This document shows positions 44,152-55,400 of a stretch of DNA of 64,000 bases, piece by piece. Below the pieces are notes generated by a model that ran no database searches, was not told where the DNA came from, and saw only the letters and a list, made by a program, of their open reading frames with translations. Source of the DNA: Ignavibacteriota bacterium (lineage in GTDB: Bacteria; Bacteroidota; Ignavibacteria; UBA10030); the NCBI GenBank assembly GCA_963727825.1, contig CAVSHO010000009.1:512001-576000 (forward strand), given 5' to 3'. A program made the translations under genes and the position numbers. Positions within the stretch are counted from its first letter, which is position 1. Each line of letters begins with the position of its first letter.

Positions 44152-45855
44152 TCAGACTTCTGCTGTTGATAAAAATTTTGGAGTCTTGCGTGTGTGCGTT
44201 GCCTGCTCAAAGGCGTACGCAAACTTGAGCAACTTAGGTTCACTCCACGCACGGCCAAAGAACGATATCCCAATGGGCAATCCAAAAACAAATCCTGCAG
44301 GAACGGTGATGCTCGGATACCCTGCAACTGCGGCGATGGTTGAACTGCCGCCAAGAAAGTGATCACTATCGATCAAGTCTGTGAGCCATGCAGGGCTGTC
44401 GGTAGGTGCGACAAGTGCGTCTAATTTAAATTTTTTCATCGTTGCATCAATACCATCTTTGCGCGACATCCTGCGGCACAACTTCAATGCATCAAGATAT
44501 TCTTTACTTGTCAATGGACCCTTTGCTTCCGCCTTTAGAAAATTCTCTTGTCCAAAATACGGCATCTCCGATTTTGCATTCTTCTCATTGTATTCAATGA
44601 GCTCTTTCAATGAATGAACAGGTGTGCTTGCACCAAGGCGCGCAAAGTAAGCGTTCAGGTCTGCTTTAAGTTCGTACAATAAAACTGTTAGTTCAGCATC
44701 GTCGAATTTTCCAATTGTTGGTATATCTGCAGGGTCGACTACTGTCGCCCCTTGCTGTTTGAGGACAACCAATGCATTGTTGATTACTTTATCAACTTCA
44801 GGATGGAAACCAAAGTATTTTCGTACAACGCCAATTCTTGCTCTCTCCAGACCTTTTAGATCGAGATATTGAGTATAGTCGTTGAAGGATTTTCCTCGAC
44901 TGTCACCGGTCGCCTTATCTTCTGCATCGAAGCCAGCAAGAACACCAAGAACAATTGCAGCATCGCGCACAGTGCGTGCCATAGGTCCGGGAGTATCCTG
45001 TGTATGCGATATCGGTATCACTCCCGTGCGACTAACAAGTCCGACAGTCGGCTTAACACCCACTAATCCATTTATCGATGACGGGCTTACGATTGAGCCG
45101 TCAGTCTCCGTGCCAATCGCCGCTGCACAAAGATTGGCTGAAACAGCTGCGGCCGATCCGGAACTAGAACCCGATGTATTTCTATCTAATGCATACGGAT
45201 TTTTTGTCAACCCGCCTCTGCCGCTCCATCCACTTGTGGAACGGTTCGAGCGTATATTCGCCCATTCGCTCAAATTTGTTTTCCCAAAAATCAGTGCGCC
45301 TGCATTGCGTAGTTGCTGAACAAGGAACGCATCTTTCGGCGGCTTTGCTCCCACCAACGCCAAAGAGCCGGCAGTTGTCGCCATTCGATCTGCAGTGTCG
45401 ATATTGTCTTTGATTAAAATCGGAATCCCATGCAGCGGACTGCGTACCCCTTTTTCTTTTCGCTCCCTATCAAGTGCATCGGCAATGGAAAGCGCGTCAG
45501 GATTCAACTCGATCACACTTCGGAGTGTTGGACCTTGCCGGTCAAATACTTCGATGCGGGATAAATATTTTTCTGCTATAGATCGAGCAGTGTATTTTCC
45601 TGAAGCCATCCCTTCCGCAAGCTCGCCGATACTTTTCTCTTCCAGTTCAAAAGATGAACTGTCGATTTGAGGTGTAAGAGAGGCAACTTTTTTTTCTGCA
45701 AACCCAAAAGCAGGGAGAACTGCTGTAGTCAAGCTCGCGAGCAAACTTGATTTTACAAAACCTCTGCGGGATAAATTACCATTTCTGTTTGGGGATTCTT
45801 CTATTCGATCCATAGATTGTATCTCCTTATCGATTTTTTCAATTGGGTTCTTCAT
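44152..45855 (-). CDS. Tat-exported amidase-signature family amidase
   Basis: SRRGFVK Tat motif; IKDNID, GSSSGS and GTETDGSI motifs. Start uncertain (45855 or 45813). Confidence 0.9.
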   Translation of the reverse strand: MKNPIEKIDKEIQSMDRIEESPNRNGNLSRRGFVKSSLLASLTTAVLPAFGFAEKKVASLTPQIDSSSFELEEKSIGELAEGMASGKYTARSIAEKYLSRIEVFDRQGPTLRSVIELNPDALSIADALDRERKEKGVRSPLHGIPILIKDNIDTADRMATTAGSLALVGAKPPKDAFLVQQLRNAGALIFGKTNLSEWANIRSNRSTSGWSGRGGLTKNPYALDRNTSGSSSGSAAAVSANLCAAAIGTETDGSIVSPSSINGLVGVKPTVGLVSRTGVIPISHTQDTPGPMARTVRDAAIVLGVLAGFDAEDKATGDSRGKSFNDYTQYLDLKGLERARIGVVRKYFGFHPEVDKVINNALVVLKQQGATVVDPADIPTIGKFDDAELTVLLYELKADLNAYFARLGASTPVHSLKELIEYNEKNAKSEMPYFGQENFLKAEAKGPLTSKEYLDALKLCRRMSRKDGIDATMKKFKLDALVAPTDSPAWLTDLIDSDHFLGGSSTIAAVAGYPSITVPAGFVFGLPIGISFFGRAWSEPKLLKFAYAFEQATHTRKTPKFLSTAEV

Positions 45856-45942
45856 GTTATTCGGATGAGAAATTTTTTCCCCTGTATGCACAAATCTACT
45901 TCATGGGCAATACAAAAACAAGGGGTGTGGCTGGAGAAGACA

Positions 45943-45970
45943 GTAGAGGCAATTGATGAATCGCCTCTAC
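45943..45970. repeat. Degenerate GTAG-type REP palindrome
   Basis: gtagaggc-aattgatgaatc-gcctctac. Confidence 0.7.
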
Positions 45971-46071
45971 AAGTTCGGTGAAACCTTCTGTATGCTATTT
46001 GTTACATTTCTTTATTACATCTTGTTGAAGCCGTTCTAAATTAGTTTGGTCGAAATAACGACCGCGAAATA

Positions 46072-46431
46072 CTACGCTTTGTATCTGACGAGTGTTTCAA
46101 ATATCTTCAAGTGGAATGGAGCGTAATAGAACGAATGAAGCTGTGTTCCTTCTGCAACTGTTCCAAGACGACTGTCCACAGCCATGAACTTTACGGGAAT
46201 AATAGTGGCACTGCATAATATTTCCGCTGGAGAAATTCCTGCTTCCTGCCACAATACCATCTCTTTTTGTACAGAATACCCCGCTATCACTCCTTTTTCA
46301 GCATCTACTATTGTAACTCTGATGATAACGAGAGTTAATGGAGCAGTTTGTTCCTTTTGGCATAATGCAGTCACTGGCAATATGATAAATGAAATCAAAA
46401 TAAAAGCAAAAACCGATAAATAATTACTCAC
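46072..46431 (-). pseudogene. Internally deleted amidohydrolase remnant
   Basis: Signal peptide and first strands (LVIIRVTIVDAEKG) join directly to the C-terminal motif EAGISPAEILCSATIIP..RLGTVAEG. The catalytic barrel is missing. Confidence 0.6.
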
Positions 46432-46453
46432 AAATATTTTCCTTTACATAAAT

Positions 46454-47392
46454 TTATATCTTTTTAGTAAGCTGTTTTGCAACAACTAAAATGAGGCTTT
46501 TTATAAATTTTAAAACGACCACTATTGTGATAGTGAAAACAAATATCGTCGCAATAGTATTCAGATCGACGCCGGGGATTTTCGCAAAATCTGTTTTCAC
46601 CGGGCTATTGCAAACAAACTGGAGCAAAATTAGGATCGCAAAGTTTTTAATTAGGTCAGGCCAAAGGGACCGGCTTATGAAGCGCGCTGCGTAGCCGATG
46701 ACTTCACACCCCAGCATTGCCATGAAGAGAAGGGAATAATAGAACGAAGCACTCGTACCGAACATCGGCACCGGATTAAAGGGATTATTCATTGAAGCGA
46801 AGAAAATCGTGCCGAATCGTATAATAGAATACAAGAAAAATGAGAAAACAATGATTAAGAAAGTCATAAAAAAGATATTTGGCTTTTTCATTTCCTTTGT
46901 AGCTTCTATCTTTGAAAAAAGTCTCGGCCAGGGGAGATGAGCATCCTTATTCTTCTGTGTCACTAAATAAAGAAATATTGCGACTAACCCGAGGTCATAG
47001 ATAAATGCCATCGGTACGTAAAACACGAACTGCCATATGCCCATAGCAGGAATATACAGGAAGGGGAATCCCAGCATATCGAAATGGAATAGAAAAGTAA
47101 TAAGGGTCAAGGCTAGGTGGCTGGCAAAAAGTATTCCCGTATAGAGAAAAAGATGTCGTATGAAAGTTGGTGAGATGATTTCAAATCCTTCCAGGTATTT
47201 TGCTGCAACCTGCTGCGGTTTGCCGTACTCGGAAATGATTTTATTTATACTATCCTCGGTTATTGTTTCATATTCATCTTCTGTTTTTTCAAGGATATGG
47301 CTTTTAATTTCAGCTAGTATCTCCTCTGTGCCATCCTTGACAGCAAGATAATGACTGATTTCCAGCAGATAATTTTCAAGATTTTGATACAT
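46454..47392 (-). CDS. HAAS-domain membrane protein (PadR partner)
   Basis: YLLEISHYL..EILAEIKSHILE..YGKPQQVA helical N-terminus followed by TMs. Confidence 0.72.
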   Translation of the reverse strand: MYQNLENYLLEISHYLAVKDGTEEILAEIKSHILEKTEDEYETITEDSINKIISEYGKPQQVAAKYLEGFEIISPTFIRHLFLYTGILFASHLALTLITFLFHFDMLGFPFLYIPAMGIWQFVFYVPMAFIYDLGLVAIFLYLVTQKNKDAHLPWPRLFSKIEATKEMKKPNIFFMTFLIIVFSFFLYSIIRFGTIFFASMNNPFNPVPMFGTSASFYYSLLFMAMLGCEVIGYAARFISRSLWPDLIKNFAILILLQFVCNSPVKTDFAKIPGVDLNTIATIFVFTITIVVVLKFIKSLILVVAKQLTKKI

Positions 47393-47396
47393 AAGA

Positions 47397-47723
47397 TTAG
47401 ACCTCCATTATTTTTTTTAAAATATCGTTTTGTTTCCCCCAGATAGAGAGGGCTTTTTTCCGCATCGACCGCCCCAGAGGGGTGATGAGGTAAAACTTCT
47501 TAGGCCTGTCATCGCTCACATCCCATTCACTCTTGATCACACCGTTCTTTTCAAGCCTGCGAAGAATGGGATAGAGCGTGTTCTCTTCCACCGCATAGCC
47601 GATCTGTTCGAGAAATCTGAGCATTTTATACCCATACATTTTTTGTTCAAGTGCCGCAAGAACAAGTATTTGCAGGAACCCCCTGTTCATTTCGGTCTCG
47701 AGATTTGTGATGTCTATTTCCAT
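47397..47723 (-). CDS. PadR family transcriptional regulator
   Basis: RGFLQILVL, YGY, TLYPILRRLEKNG and RPKKFYLITPLG motifs. Confidence 0.92.
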   Translation of the reverse strand: MEIDITNLETEMNRGFLQILVLAALEQKMYGYKMLRFLEQIGYAVEENTLYPILRRLEKNGVIKSEWDVSDDRPKKFYLITPLGRSMRKKALSIWGKQNDILKKIMEV

Positions 47724-47756
47724 TTCTTTTTCCTCTATATACTATACGATATTATT

Positions 47757-47777
47757 ATACTGTATGTTACACAGTAT
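47757..47777. promoter_or_regulatory. Probable PadR autoregulatory operator
   Basis: Perfect ATACTGT-N7-ACAGTAT inverted repeat 34 bp upstream of the padR start. Confidence 0.55.
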
Positions 47778-47855
47778 GTCAAGATTTTTTTTTATATCTT
47801 TTTTTTTCGATTAATAAGAAGCGGGGAAAGTAACGGTTAATGCAGGTGGGTTCTC

Positions 47856-47907
47856 GTAGGGGCGATTCACTTGTTCGCCGTAGTTTAGCGAAGGAGGATG
47901 AGCCGCC
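47856..47907. repeat. REP-like palindrome interrupted by a second short element
   Basis: gtaggggcgattca [cttgttcgccgtagtttagcgaaggagga] tgagccgcc. Confidence 0.5.
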
Positions 47908-47933
47908 ATATTAGTTGGGTCAATCGGTTAATC

Positions 47934-48545
47934 TTAAATTATAATAACATATATCCCTACGGCACTCATGACAAACCCGGCCGCTTGATTTATCCTTTTT
48001 TGTATTTTCTCGCTCATTTGTATTTTATGTGATAAGCTCGCGATATAGCTATACGTCCCCACCACACTGAATGACACCAATATAAGAATCGCCATCATCA
48101 GTAAAGCATCTGTGAATCTTATCTCGTTAAAATTGATGATTGTGGGAAGCACGCTTGCGTAAAATAATATCGGCTTGGGATTACCGAGTGTCAGGAGTAA
48201 ACCGCTCAAGCATGTCTGCCATTTATTTTTTCCCCCGTTTGTTTTTACATTTGTACTGAACTGACTGCTCTTGAACATTCTGATACCGAGGTATACCAGG
48301 TACAGGCCTCCGGCAATCCTGATGGCAAGGAACATGCCGCCTAACATTTTCGCAATTGCCGATAATCCCAATAATGCCAGATTAAAGAAAATAATATCGC
48401 CCAGTACCAGTCCTCCAATAAAGAACAGCGACATTTTAAATCCTTCGGCAACTGCCTTTGCCATAGACCCGAATACACCGGGGCCCGGGGTTGCTGCAAG
48501 TATTGTCATCCCTATAAAAAATGCAATTAATAAATTGATGTTCAT
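47934..48545 (-). CDS. LysE/RhtB family exporter
   Basis: TPGPG, GGLYLVYLG and GNPKPILFY motifs. Confidence 0.9.
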   Translation of the reverse strand: MNINLLIAFFIGMTILAATPGPGVFGSMAKAVAEGFKMSLFFIGGLVLGDIIFFNLALLGLSAIAKMLGGMFLAIRIAGGLYLVYLGIRMFKSSQFSTNVKTNGGKNKWQTCLSGLLLTLGNPKPILFYASVLPTIINFNEIRFTDALLMMAILILVSFSVVGTYSYIASLSHKIQMSEKIQKRINQAAGFVMSAVGIYVIII

Positions 48546-48555
48546 GATTTTTATG

Positions 48556-48861
48556 TTAGTGATGAATGTCTGTAAACCCATGACTTAACATAATGCTCAT
48601 AAGGAGGATGCCCACAAAAAAAATAATAACACTCCATATCCTGGAATTTGATATTTTCCCCGCTCTGAATAATACATACCCTACGATCAGGTTAAACAAG
48701 CCCCATAGCACATTCACTGTCGGGGATGATAAACCTTTACCGGGTGGATTAGAAAATGGTGTGGGGAACGCTACACCGGAAATACCGTTGATAAAGTGAG
48801 GGACCATATTTGCAATAAACATCCCTGCAAAGAAACAAGCAATGTAATGATACCATTTCAT
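48556..48861 (-). CDS. Small conserved membrane protein
   Basis: NMVPHFINGISG.FPTPFS.PPGKGLSSP..NVLWG motif; AGGAG RBS. Confidence 0.75.
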   Translation of the reverse strand: MKWYHYIACFFAGMFIANMVPHFINGISGVAFPTPFSNPPGKGLSSPTVNVLWGLFNLIVGYVLFRAGKISNSRIWSVIIFFVGILLMSIMLSHGFTDIHH

Positions 48862-49187
48862 GACAATATTCTCCTTTTTAAGTTTTTATATTGGGGACAA
48901 ACTTTTTCTCTGTTTGTACAAATCTACTTTATCGGCAATATAGAAGCAAGAGGCGGCGGAATAGCTGGTGCGGCTGGTTTGCGATTTTCCTATCAGTAAA
49001 TATATCATATTCCAGATTAGGCGGCAAGGAAGAACAGAAATGGAAGCCTTTTTTTACTTGGATTTTGACTAGAAAGCTATAAATTGGGTACAACATACTT
49101 TCGCAATATAAGAACATGCTATCGCATGGTATAACTTTATGTTAATTCTATTATTGCAGATAAAATTATTTCGGAGGGTGTTTCCCC

Positions 49188-50027
49188 ATGACAAACCAAT
49201 CAATAAAAGTAGTGCTTACAGCACCATATTTTGGCTCGCTTTTTCAAATCGCCATACTTGAACATTTTAAAAAGTTATTAAGTTCGGAAAACCTATCGTT
49301 CCGGTCTTCGACAAATGATTTGACTAAGCAAAGTGATTCTCTAAAAAAAATATTGATGGATAATAAACCCACTGTTATGATAGCTATTTCTATGAACCCA
49401 GATCCCGATATTATTTCGCTTTATAAATCGAATAATGTACCCATTGTACTGCTTGATGGAGAAGCGGCCGGGGCATCCACCTTAGCGACGGATAACTATA
49501 AGGGCGGACAAATTGCTGCAGAGCATTTTATCTCAAAAGGGAAAAAGAAAATTGCAATTGTGAATGGCAGACCTAATTCTGTAGGCGGTTTTGCCGGAAA
49601 TTATTGTGCAAAATTGCGATTGAAGGGATTTACTGATGCATTAAAACAAAGAGGACTTAGTATACCGGTTGGATGTAACATTGAGGTGCCAAATTACTCT
49701 CGTGAAGACGGAGTTGCGGCGATGCCAAAGCTCATAGATATAGGTGTTGACGCAATTTTCTGTGCAGCCGCAGACAACACTGCAGTGGGTCTTCTCTCGG
49801 TAGCTAAAGAACGAGGAGTTCGAATACCGGAGGATATAGCAGTCATCGGTTTTGATGATTTGCCAATTGCACAGCTTTCAACTCCAACGCTCACAACAAT
49901 CAAGCAACCTATGAAGGATATAGTGGAAGCAGCATTTAAAATGGCAACAGTACAACGAGAAGAAATTCTTAAAAACCCCAAAAAGGTTTTGTTTAAGCCC
50001 GAACTTATTATCCGACAGTCCGCATAA
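49188..50027 (+). CDS. LacI/GalR-type effector-binding domain without HTH
   Basis: TDNYKGG, RLKGF, IPEDIAVIGFDD, PTLTTIKQP, PELIIRQS; GGAGG RBS; no N-terminal HTH. Confidence 0.8.
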   Translation: MTNQSIKVVLTAPYFGSLFQIAILEHFKKLLSSENLSFRSSTNDLTKQSDSLKKILMDNKPTVMIAISMNPDPDIISLYKSNNVPIVLLDGEAAGASTLATDNYKGGQIAAEHFISKGKKKIAIVNGRPNSVGGFAGNYCAKLRLKGFTDALKQRGLSIPVGCNIEVPNYSREDGVAAMPKLIDIGVDAIFCAAADNTAVGLLSVAKERGVRIPEDIAVIGFDDLPIAQLSTPTLTTIKQPMKDIVEAAFKMATVQREEILKNPKKVLFKPELIIRQSA

Positions 50028-50088
50028 TATATAATTGACGGCAGGAATAAAATTTGGGTTGGATTTAAATCAGGTGTTTTAGTGCGGA

Positions 50089-50838
50089 TCAGGATTTATT
50101 TACAGAAGAATTCCGCAGATGCGCCATTGTATAGTATGCCCCGCCAAGACAAAGTCCAATTAGCGGCACTAATAAACCACACGCAATCCAATAGCCATAT
50201 TGAGTTTCCGGGGTTAGCCGGATAGCTACATACGATGGCAAGCCGCCCAAACAGAATGCCGCGATGAAAGTTACAATGCGGTTCTTCCGCGACAATCCAC
50301 GATAGAAAAAAAGACTCGCTACAAGTCCATCAAGAAACGGTACGTGCTTCGATTCGTTCTGGCTCCACGTATTCCATAACCATATCAAGTACATTGCAGT
50401 GACTATGCAAATGAGGCAGTACCAACCAAGAAAGAGAATCCAGTATATGTCGGTTGGCGTCTTAAAGTCGGGATCAAGCATTGCAAGATGAATTCGGTGT
50501 AAAAACAACACTCCTACTACCCATGCCGCTAAAAGCGCCATTGCAATGCGGGATCGTTCAACAGAACGTCCATGAAGCGCTGTTTTGAGATTATGGTATC
50601 GCTGAACAAGCCGCGGACATCGTCCATGTTTCATCAAATATATTTCAAGTACTCGTATTAGATAAAGCAAAAATATAACACAAATGACTAATGCCGCAAG
50701 GGTTCCCAAGACCCACAAGGACCGAGCAAAGAACACGATTAATCCGACAAGAATCACGAGCACTTGAAATTCTTCTCGATGATACCATTTAAACGAAAAT
50801 AAATGCTGGTCATCGTTCATTATCGGATTTTCATTCAT
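50089..50838 (-). CDS. Hypothetical multi-TM protein
   Basis: 249-aa ORF with about 6 TMs; overlaps the upstream gene's stop. Confidence 0.65.
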   Translation of the reverse strand: MNENPIMNDDQHLFSFKWYHREEFQVLVILVGLIVFFARSLWVLGTLAALVICVIFLLYLIRVLEIYLMKHGRCPRLVQRYHNLKTALHGRSVERSRIAMALLAAWVVGVLFLHRIHLAMLDPDFKTPTDIYWILFLGWYCLICIVTAMYLIWLWNTWSQNESKHVPFLDGLVASLFFYRGLSRKNRIVTFIAAFCLGGLPSYVAIRLTPETQYGYWIACGLLVPLIGLCLGGAYYTMAHLRNSSVNKS

Positions 50839-51836
50839 ACTTGTGCGCCTTGATTGAAGGCAACTGCTGCAATTTCGGAAAGTTTTCGTGGATTGAAATA
50901 GAAACCTTCTAATTTACGTAATTCAGAAATATTTATACCTACTTTCATAAAGGGATAGAACACTTCTGAGTTGTCTTTGTTAATGCGCGCAGCTCTGCAG
51001 ATCAGAAAGTAACTTTCGAAAAAAGGGGCATATGGTTTCAGCCAGGATTCTGCGTATATCGATTGGAAGAAATCATATACCTGGCGATTGAATCGTAAAA
51101 CCACCATATCATCTTTAAATTGTATTTCTTTGAATTCCGGAAAGTCGATGATAATGGAAAATCGTTTTCGATTTGATTCAATTCGCGCCTCCTTAACTTT
51201 TTCATAGAACGGATGTAGCGAATGTATCTTCGGTTGCATGAACCATATTTCGCTAATGTCTATCGTTGTTCCTTCCCGCAGCAAAGCGAGTTGTGCATCC
51301 AATTCCTTTACCTTGCTTAAGTTTGCTTGCAGACGTGCTCGCTGAAGTGTTTCAGGATCGTTACCACCTGAATGTCGAATTCGACGACGTCGCTCTTTTA
51401 TTAAAGAAATCAAATCCAGTCGACTTTGTGCTGAACGGCGAAACTGAACAGCTTCCTTTAAATAATCTTGTGTGTCTCTAGTACCAAGTCCAGATTTTGC
51501 TCGAAGATAAAAATCCAGACCATATCCCGTAACTAAGGCAGAAAAAATAACCATCCAGATGTCAAGTGAGTCATGCGAAGAGAAAAAATCAAGAACCATT
51601 AAAACTATCCCGACGAACCACGCTACTATCGAAACAAGAAACAGCCAAGCCGAAATACCAGAGATGATGGATTCAATAAAAGAGGGTGGCCTATCGATCC
51701 ATATGAGCGTGAACTTGCGCAGCAGGAGCCACGTAACGATAAAAACAGCGAGTGCTATGAGTAAGATTACGTACACAATAATGCCACGAAATGCTGTCGC
51801 TTCAGTTTGAGAACTGGGGTGAGCTTCCACGGACAT
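50835..51836 (-). CDS. Hypothetical membrane protein with C-terminal soluble domain
   Basis: Three N-terminal TMs; GGAGG RBS. Confidence 0.65.
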   Translation of the reverse strand: MSVEAHPSSQTEATAFRGIIVYVILLIALAVFIVTWLLLRKFTLIWIDRPPSFIESIISGISAWLFLVSIVAWFVGIVLMVLDFFSSHDSLDIWMVIFSALVTGYGLDFYLRAKSGLGTRDTQDYLKEAVQFRRSAQSRLDLISLIKERRRRIRHSGGNDPETLQRARLQANLSKVKELDAQLALLREGTTIDISEIWFMQPKIHSLHPFYEKVKEARIESNRKRFSIIIDFPEFKEIQFKDDMVVLRFNRQVYDFFQSIYAESWLKPYAPFFESYFLICRAARINKDNSEVFYPFMKVGINISELRKLEGFYFNPRKLSEIAAVAFNQGAQV

Positions 51837-51952
51837 CCTCTCCGCGGAAGAGATTATACCAATGTAAAAGCACGAATTCGTACATCACGAAATGCACAGA
51901 CGAATTGACTATACGGTGAGATCTGTGTTTGTTTCTTGTGTTTAAGAACATA

Positions 51953-52291
51953 TTATTTAAAACTTGCAACGGCGCGATCCACCGTTTCGTATGTCTTAAA
52001 TACTTTAACTAATTGAGTGATTGCAAACAGACTTTCTACTTTCTCGGTAATATTTGCCAGACGTAAATCGCCGGATTTATTTCGGACAGATGTCAACGCC
52101 GCAATAAGTGTTCCCAAACCGGAGCTGCTAATCCATCGCACACCTTTCATGTCCACTACAACTTTGTTAAAACCTTCTTGCAGCAAACTGTAAATCTTAT
52201 CCCGCAAGTTCTCTGTATCCGGTTCACCAATCAGGTTGCCTTTTAAGCTGATAACAGCAATAGTCCCATGCATCTTTTCTTTGATTGTCAT
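51953..52291 (-). CDS. STAS-domain anti-sigma factor antagonist (RsbV/SpoIIAA-like)
   Basis: VVVDMKGVRWISSSGLGTL and LFAITQL..VF motifs. Confidence 0.9.
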   Translation of the reverse strand: MTIKEKMHGTIAVISLKGNLIGEPDTENLRDKIYSLLQEGFNKVVVDMKGVRWISSSGLGTLIAALTSVRNKSGDLRLANITEKVESLFAITQLVKVFKTYETVDRAVASFK

Positions 52292-52419
52292 AGATATACC
52301 CTCGTTTAATACAGTTGTTTTTAATCAAATGAGTCCACATTAAAATGATACGTCCTTTTTAATGGAATGTCAACGCCGATGTATTTACCTTTTTGCTAAT
52401 TAATAGACCTGGGCTATAA

Positions 52420-55400
52420 TTACATTTGTTTTGACGGCGGTTGGGATAACAGCACTAATTTCTCCAAAAATGCTCTAACTGCATTTAATCGCTCTTTTTG
52501 ATTCCCGTTGAATTTGATTTTTGCCGTTAATATCAATTGTTTGCCAGTTTGATTCAAATGCGGGTGGAACGGCTTTAATTCGTGAATACGCTGCATAATA
52601 TTCTGAAATGGTGCTTCATCATCTTCATAATAGGCTTTCACTTCCGGCGGAGGAAAATGCAATGTAATAACCTCGCCCTCCAATTTCACTTTGATAAAAC
52701 TTGTTTTTAATGCAATTACCTTTAATTCGATTTGCTGAAACAAGTGTTCCACTTCTTCCGGATACTCGCCGAACCTATCTTTCAATTCTGCACGCATAAT
52801 ATTGACATCTTCTAACAATTCGCATCTATACAAACGGCGATAAATATCCAATCGCTCTGCGTCGTGTTCAATGTAGATGTCCGGAATGAGTGCCTCGATA
52901 TCGGTTTCAATAACTGTCTCTATTTTTATCTTTGTTCTGTCCCCAATTTTCTTTTCTACCAGATCGTTAAATTCATCTTCCTTTAACTCTGCAACAGCTT
53001 CCTCAACGACTCGTTGGTACATTTCAAATCCCATCTCTAAAATAAATCCTGATTGTTCGCCTCCAAGCAAATTGCCAGCGCCGCGGATTTCCAAATCTCG
53101 CATTGCAAGATTAAATCCAGATCCAAGTTCGGTGAATTCCTGAATTGCTTGAAGCCGGCGCAAAGTCACATGCGGCAGAATAGAAAGCGGCGGCGTAAGA
53201 AGATATGCGTATGCTTGAATGTTTGAACGCCCGACACGGCCACGCAGCTGGTACAATTCTGCTAATCCAAATCTATCCGCACGATTTATGATGATAGTGT
53301 TAACGCTGGGAATATCGATGCCTGATTCAATGATCTTTGTGCACAGCAAGACGTCGTACTTCTTTTCCAAAAAATCCATCATTGCTTTTTCTAATTCGTG
53401 CCCTTTCATCTGTCCGTGCGCAACATGAATGCGGGCCTTTGGCACGTGTTCTTCCAGCATTGTCCGGATAAGGTCGATGTTTTGTATGCGGTCATGCACA
53501 AAGTACACCTGCCCGCTGCGGTGTAATTCTTTCATAATTACTTCATGAATCAGTTGAAGATCGAACTGCGCGATTTCTGTTTGAATAGGAATACGGTTTC
53601 GAGGAGGAGTATTAATAAGCGATAAATCGCGCGCGCCCATTAATGAAAATTGCAGCGTACGCGGGATCGGCGTTGCAGTTAAGGTCAATGTATCGACACT
53701 CGCACGAAGCTGACGTAGTTTTTCTTTCGACGTCACACCAAAACGCTGCTCCTCATCGATAATTAACAAACCAAGATCTTTGAACACAACATCTTTAGAC
53801 AGCAATCGGTGTGTGCCGATAAGAATATCCACCTTTCCTTCTTTGAGCGCTTCTAACACTTTTTTTTGTTCGTTCTTTGGGCGAAACCGCGTAAGTGATT
53901 CTACACGCACCGAATACCGTCCGATGCGATCAAGGAATGTGTGAAAGTGCTGGTGCGCAAGAATCGTCGTCGGTACAAGCACGGCGACTTGCTTGCCGTT
54001 CATCACAGCTTTAAAGGCCGCGCGTACAGCAACTTCCGTTTTACCAAACCCGACATCGCCGCAAATAAGCCGATCCATTGGTGATGGCTGTTCCATATCC
54101 TGTTTCACGTCCAATGTGGACTTTGCCTGATCGGGCGTATCTTCATAGAGGAACGAAGCTTCCATTTCCTTCTGCCAGTGTGTATCAGATGCAAACGCAA
54201 AACCCTGCTCATGTTTACGCCGCGCATATAACTTTATGAGATCACGGGCAATGTCTTTAATTTTTTTTCGCGCACGCAATTTCAGCCGGTCCCAATCTGC
54301 ACCGCCCAGCTTGCTAAGTTTTGGCGTATGCCCTTCCTGCGACGAATATTTTTGCACGCGATTAATAAAATTTAAATGAACATAGAGCGCGTCATTTTCT
54401 TCATACACAAGTTTCATAACTTCTGTTTCTATACCGTGTACTTTTATTTTTTGCAGCCCAGCAAACCGCCCGATTCCATAATCCTGATGCACAACAAAAT
54501 CGCCGCGCTTGAGCTGCTGAAGTTCCTTTTGCGTAAAGCCCTTAAACATTTTCCGTTTTGCAGTGCCTCGTCGTTTCAATCTGCCGAAAATTTCGTGCTC
54601 AGTGAAGATGACAATATTAGCAGGGGGATAGATAAAACCTGAATGAAGTGCCTCAGGAAGAAGCTGATAGGTAATGGGAAGAACATTATTTTCATTTTGA
54701 CTTTTCTCTTTTTCGACGTTTTCTTGCATTTGGAAGATATCTTCCGATTCCTGATTTATAGCTTCTGTTTTCTGGTTTCCGGCCTCTAACTCATTCGGCG
54801 CCGTCAGTTCTTCTTCAATCAATCCGTCGAGCCGTTCGCCTTCTTCCTTTGTGTCACATGCAAGATAGACCTTGTTACCCTGATTGGAAAACTTACTAAC
54901 TTGCTCGATCAATCGCTTGATGCTTCCCGCAATTGGTGGTTGTGGATGACTCTGGAAGTCTATACAAATTTTGGATTGGAAATTTTGAATGATAGTATGA
55001 TCATATCTTACAAAAGCATTCGCATTTTTTTCAATCATCTTCCAATTGAAAATATTAGAATATCCTTCCTGCTGCAGTTCTTCAATTTCTTTTTCGATCA
55101 GCAATGGCTCATCAAAAAGAAGAAGAGCATCGCTTGATAAATACTCAAATACAGAAACCTGTGACTGGGATAAATCAGCGAAGTCATTATGGAGGCTCGC
55201 TACTATATTTGCTATCTGTAATTCACGGATGGAGCGTTGAGAAAGCACATCAAATTCCCGGATGGATTCCACCGTGTCACCCCAGAATTCCAACCGGATC
55301 GGATTATCACCTACAAACGGAAAGATATCGAGAATCCCTCCGCGCACTGCAAAATCACCGTACTCCTCAACGAAATCTTTCTTCGCAAAGCTCATTGTTG

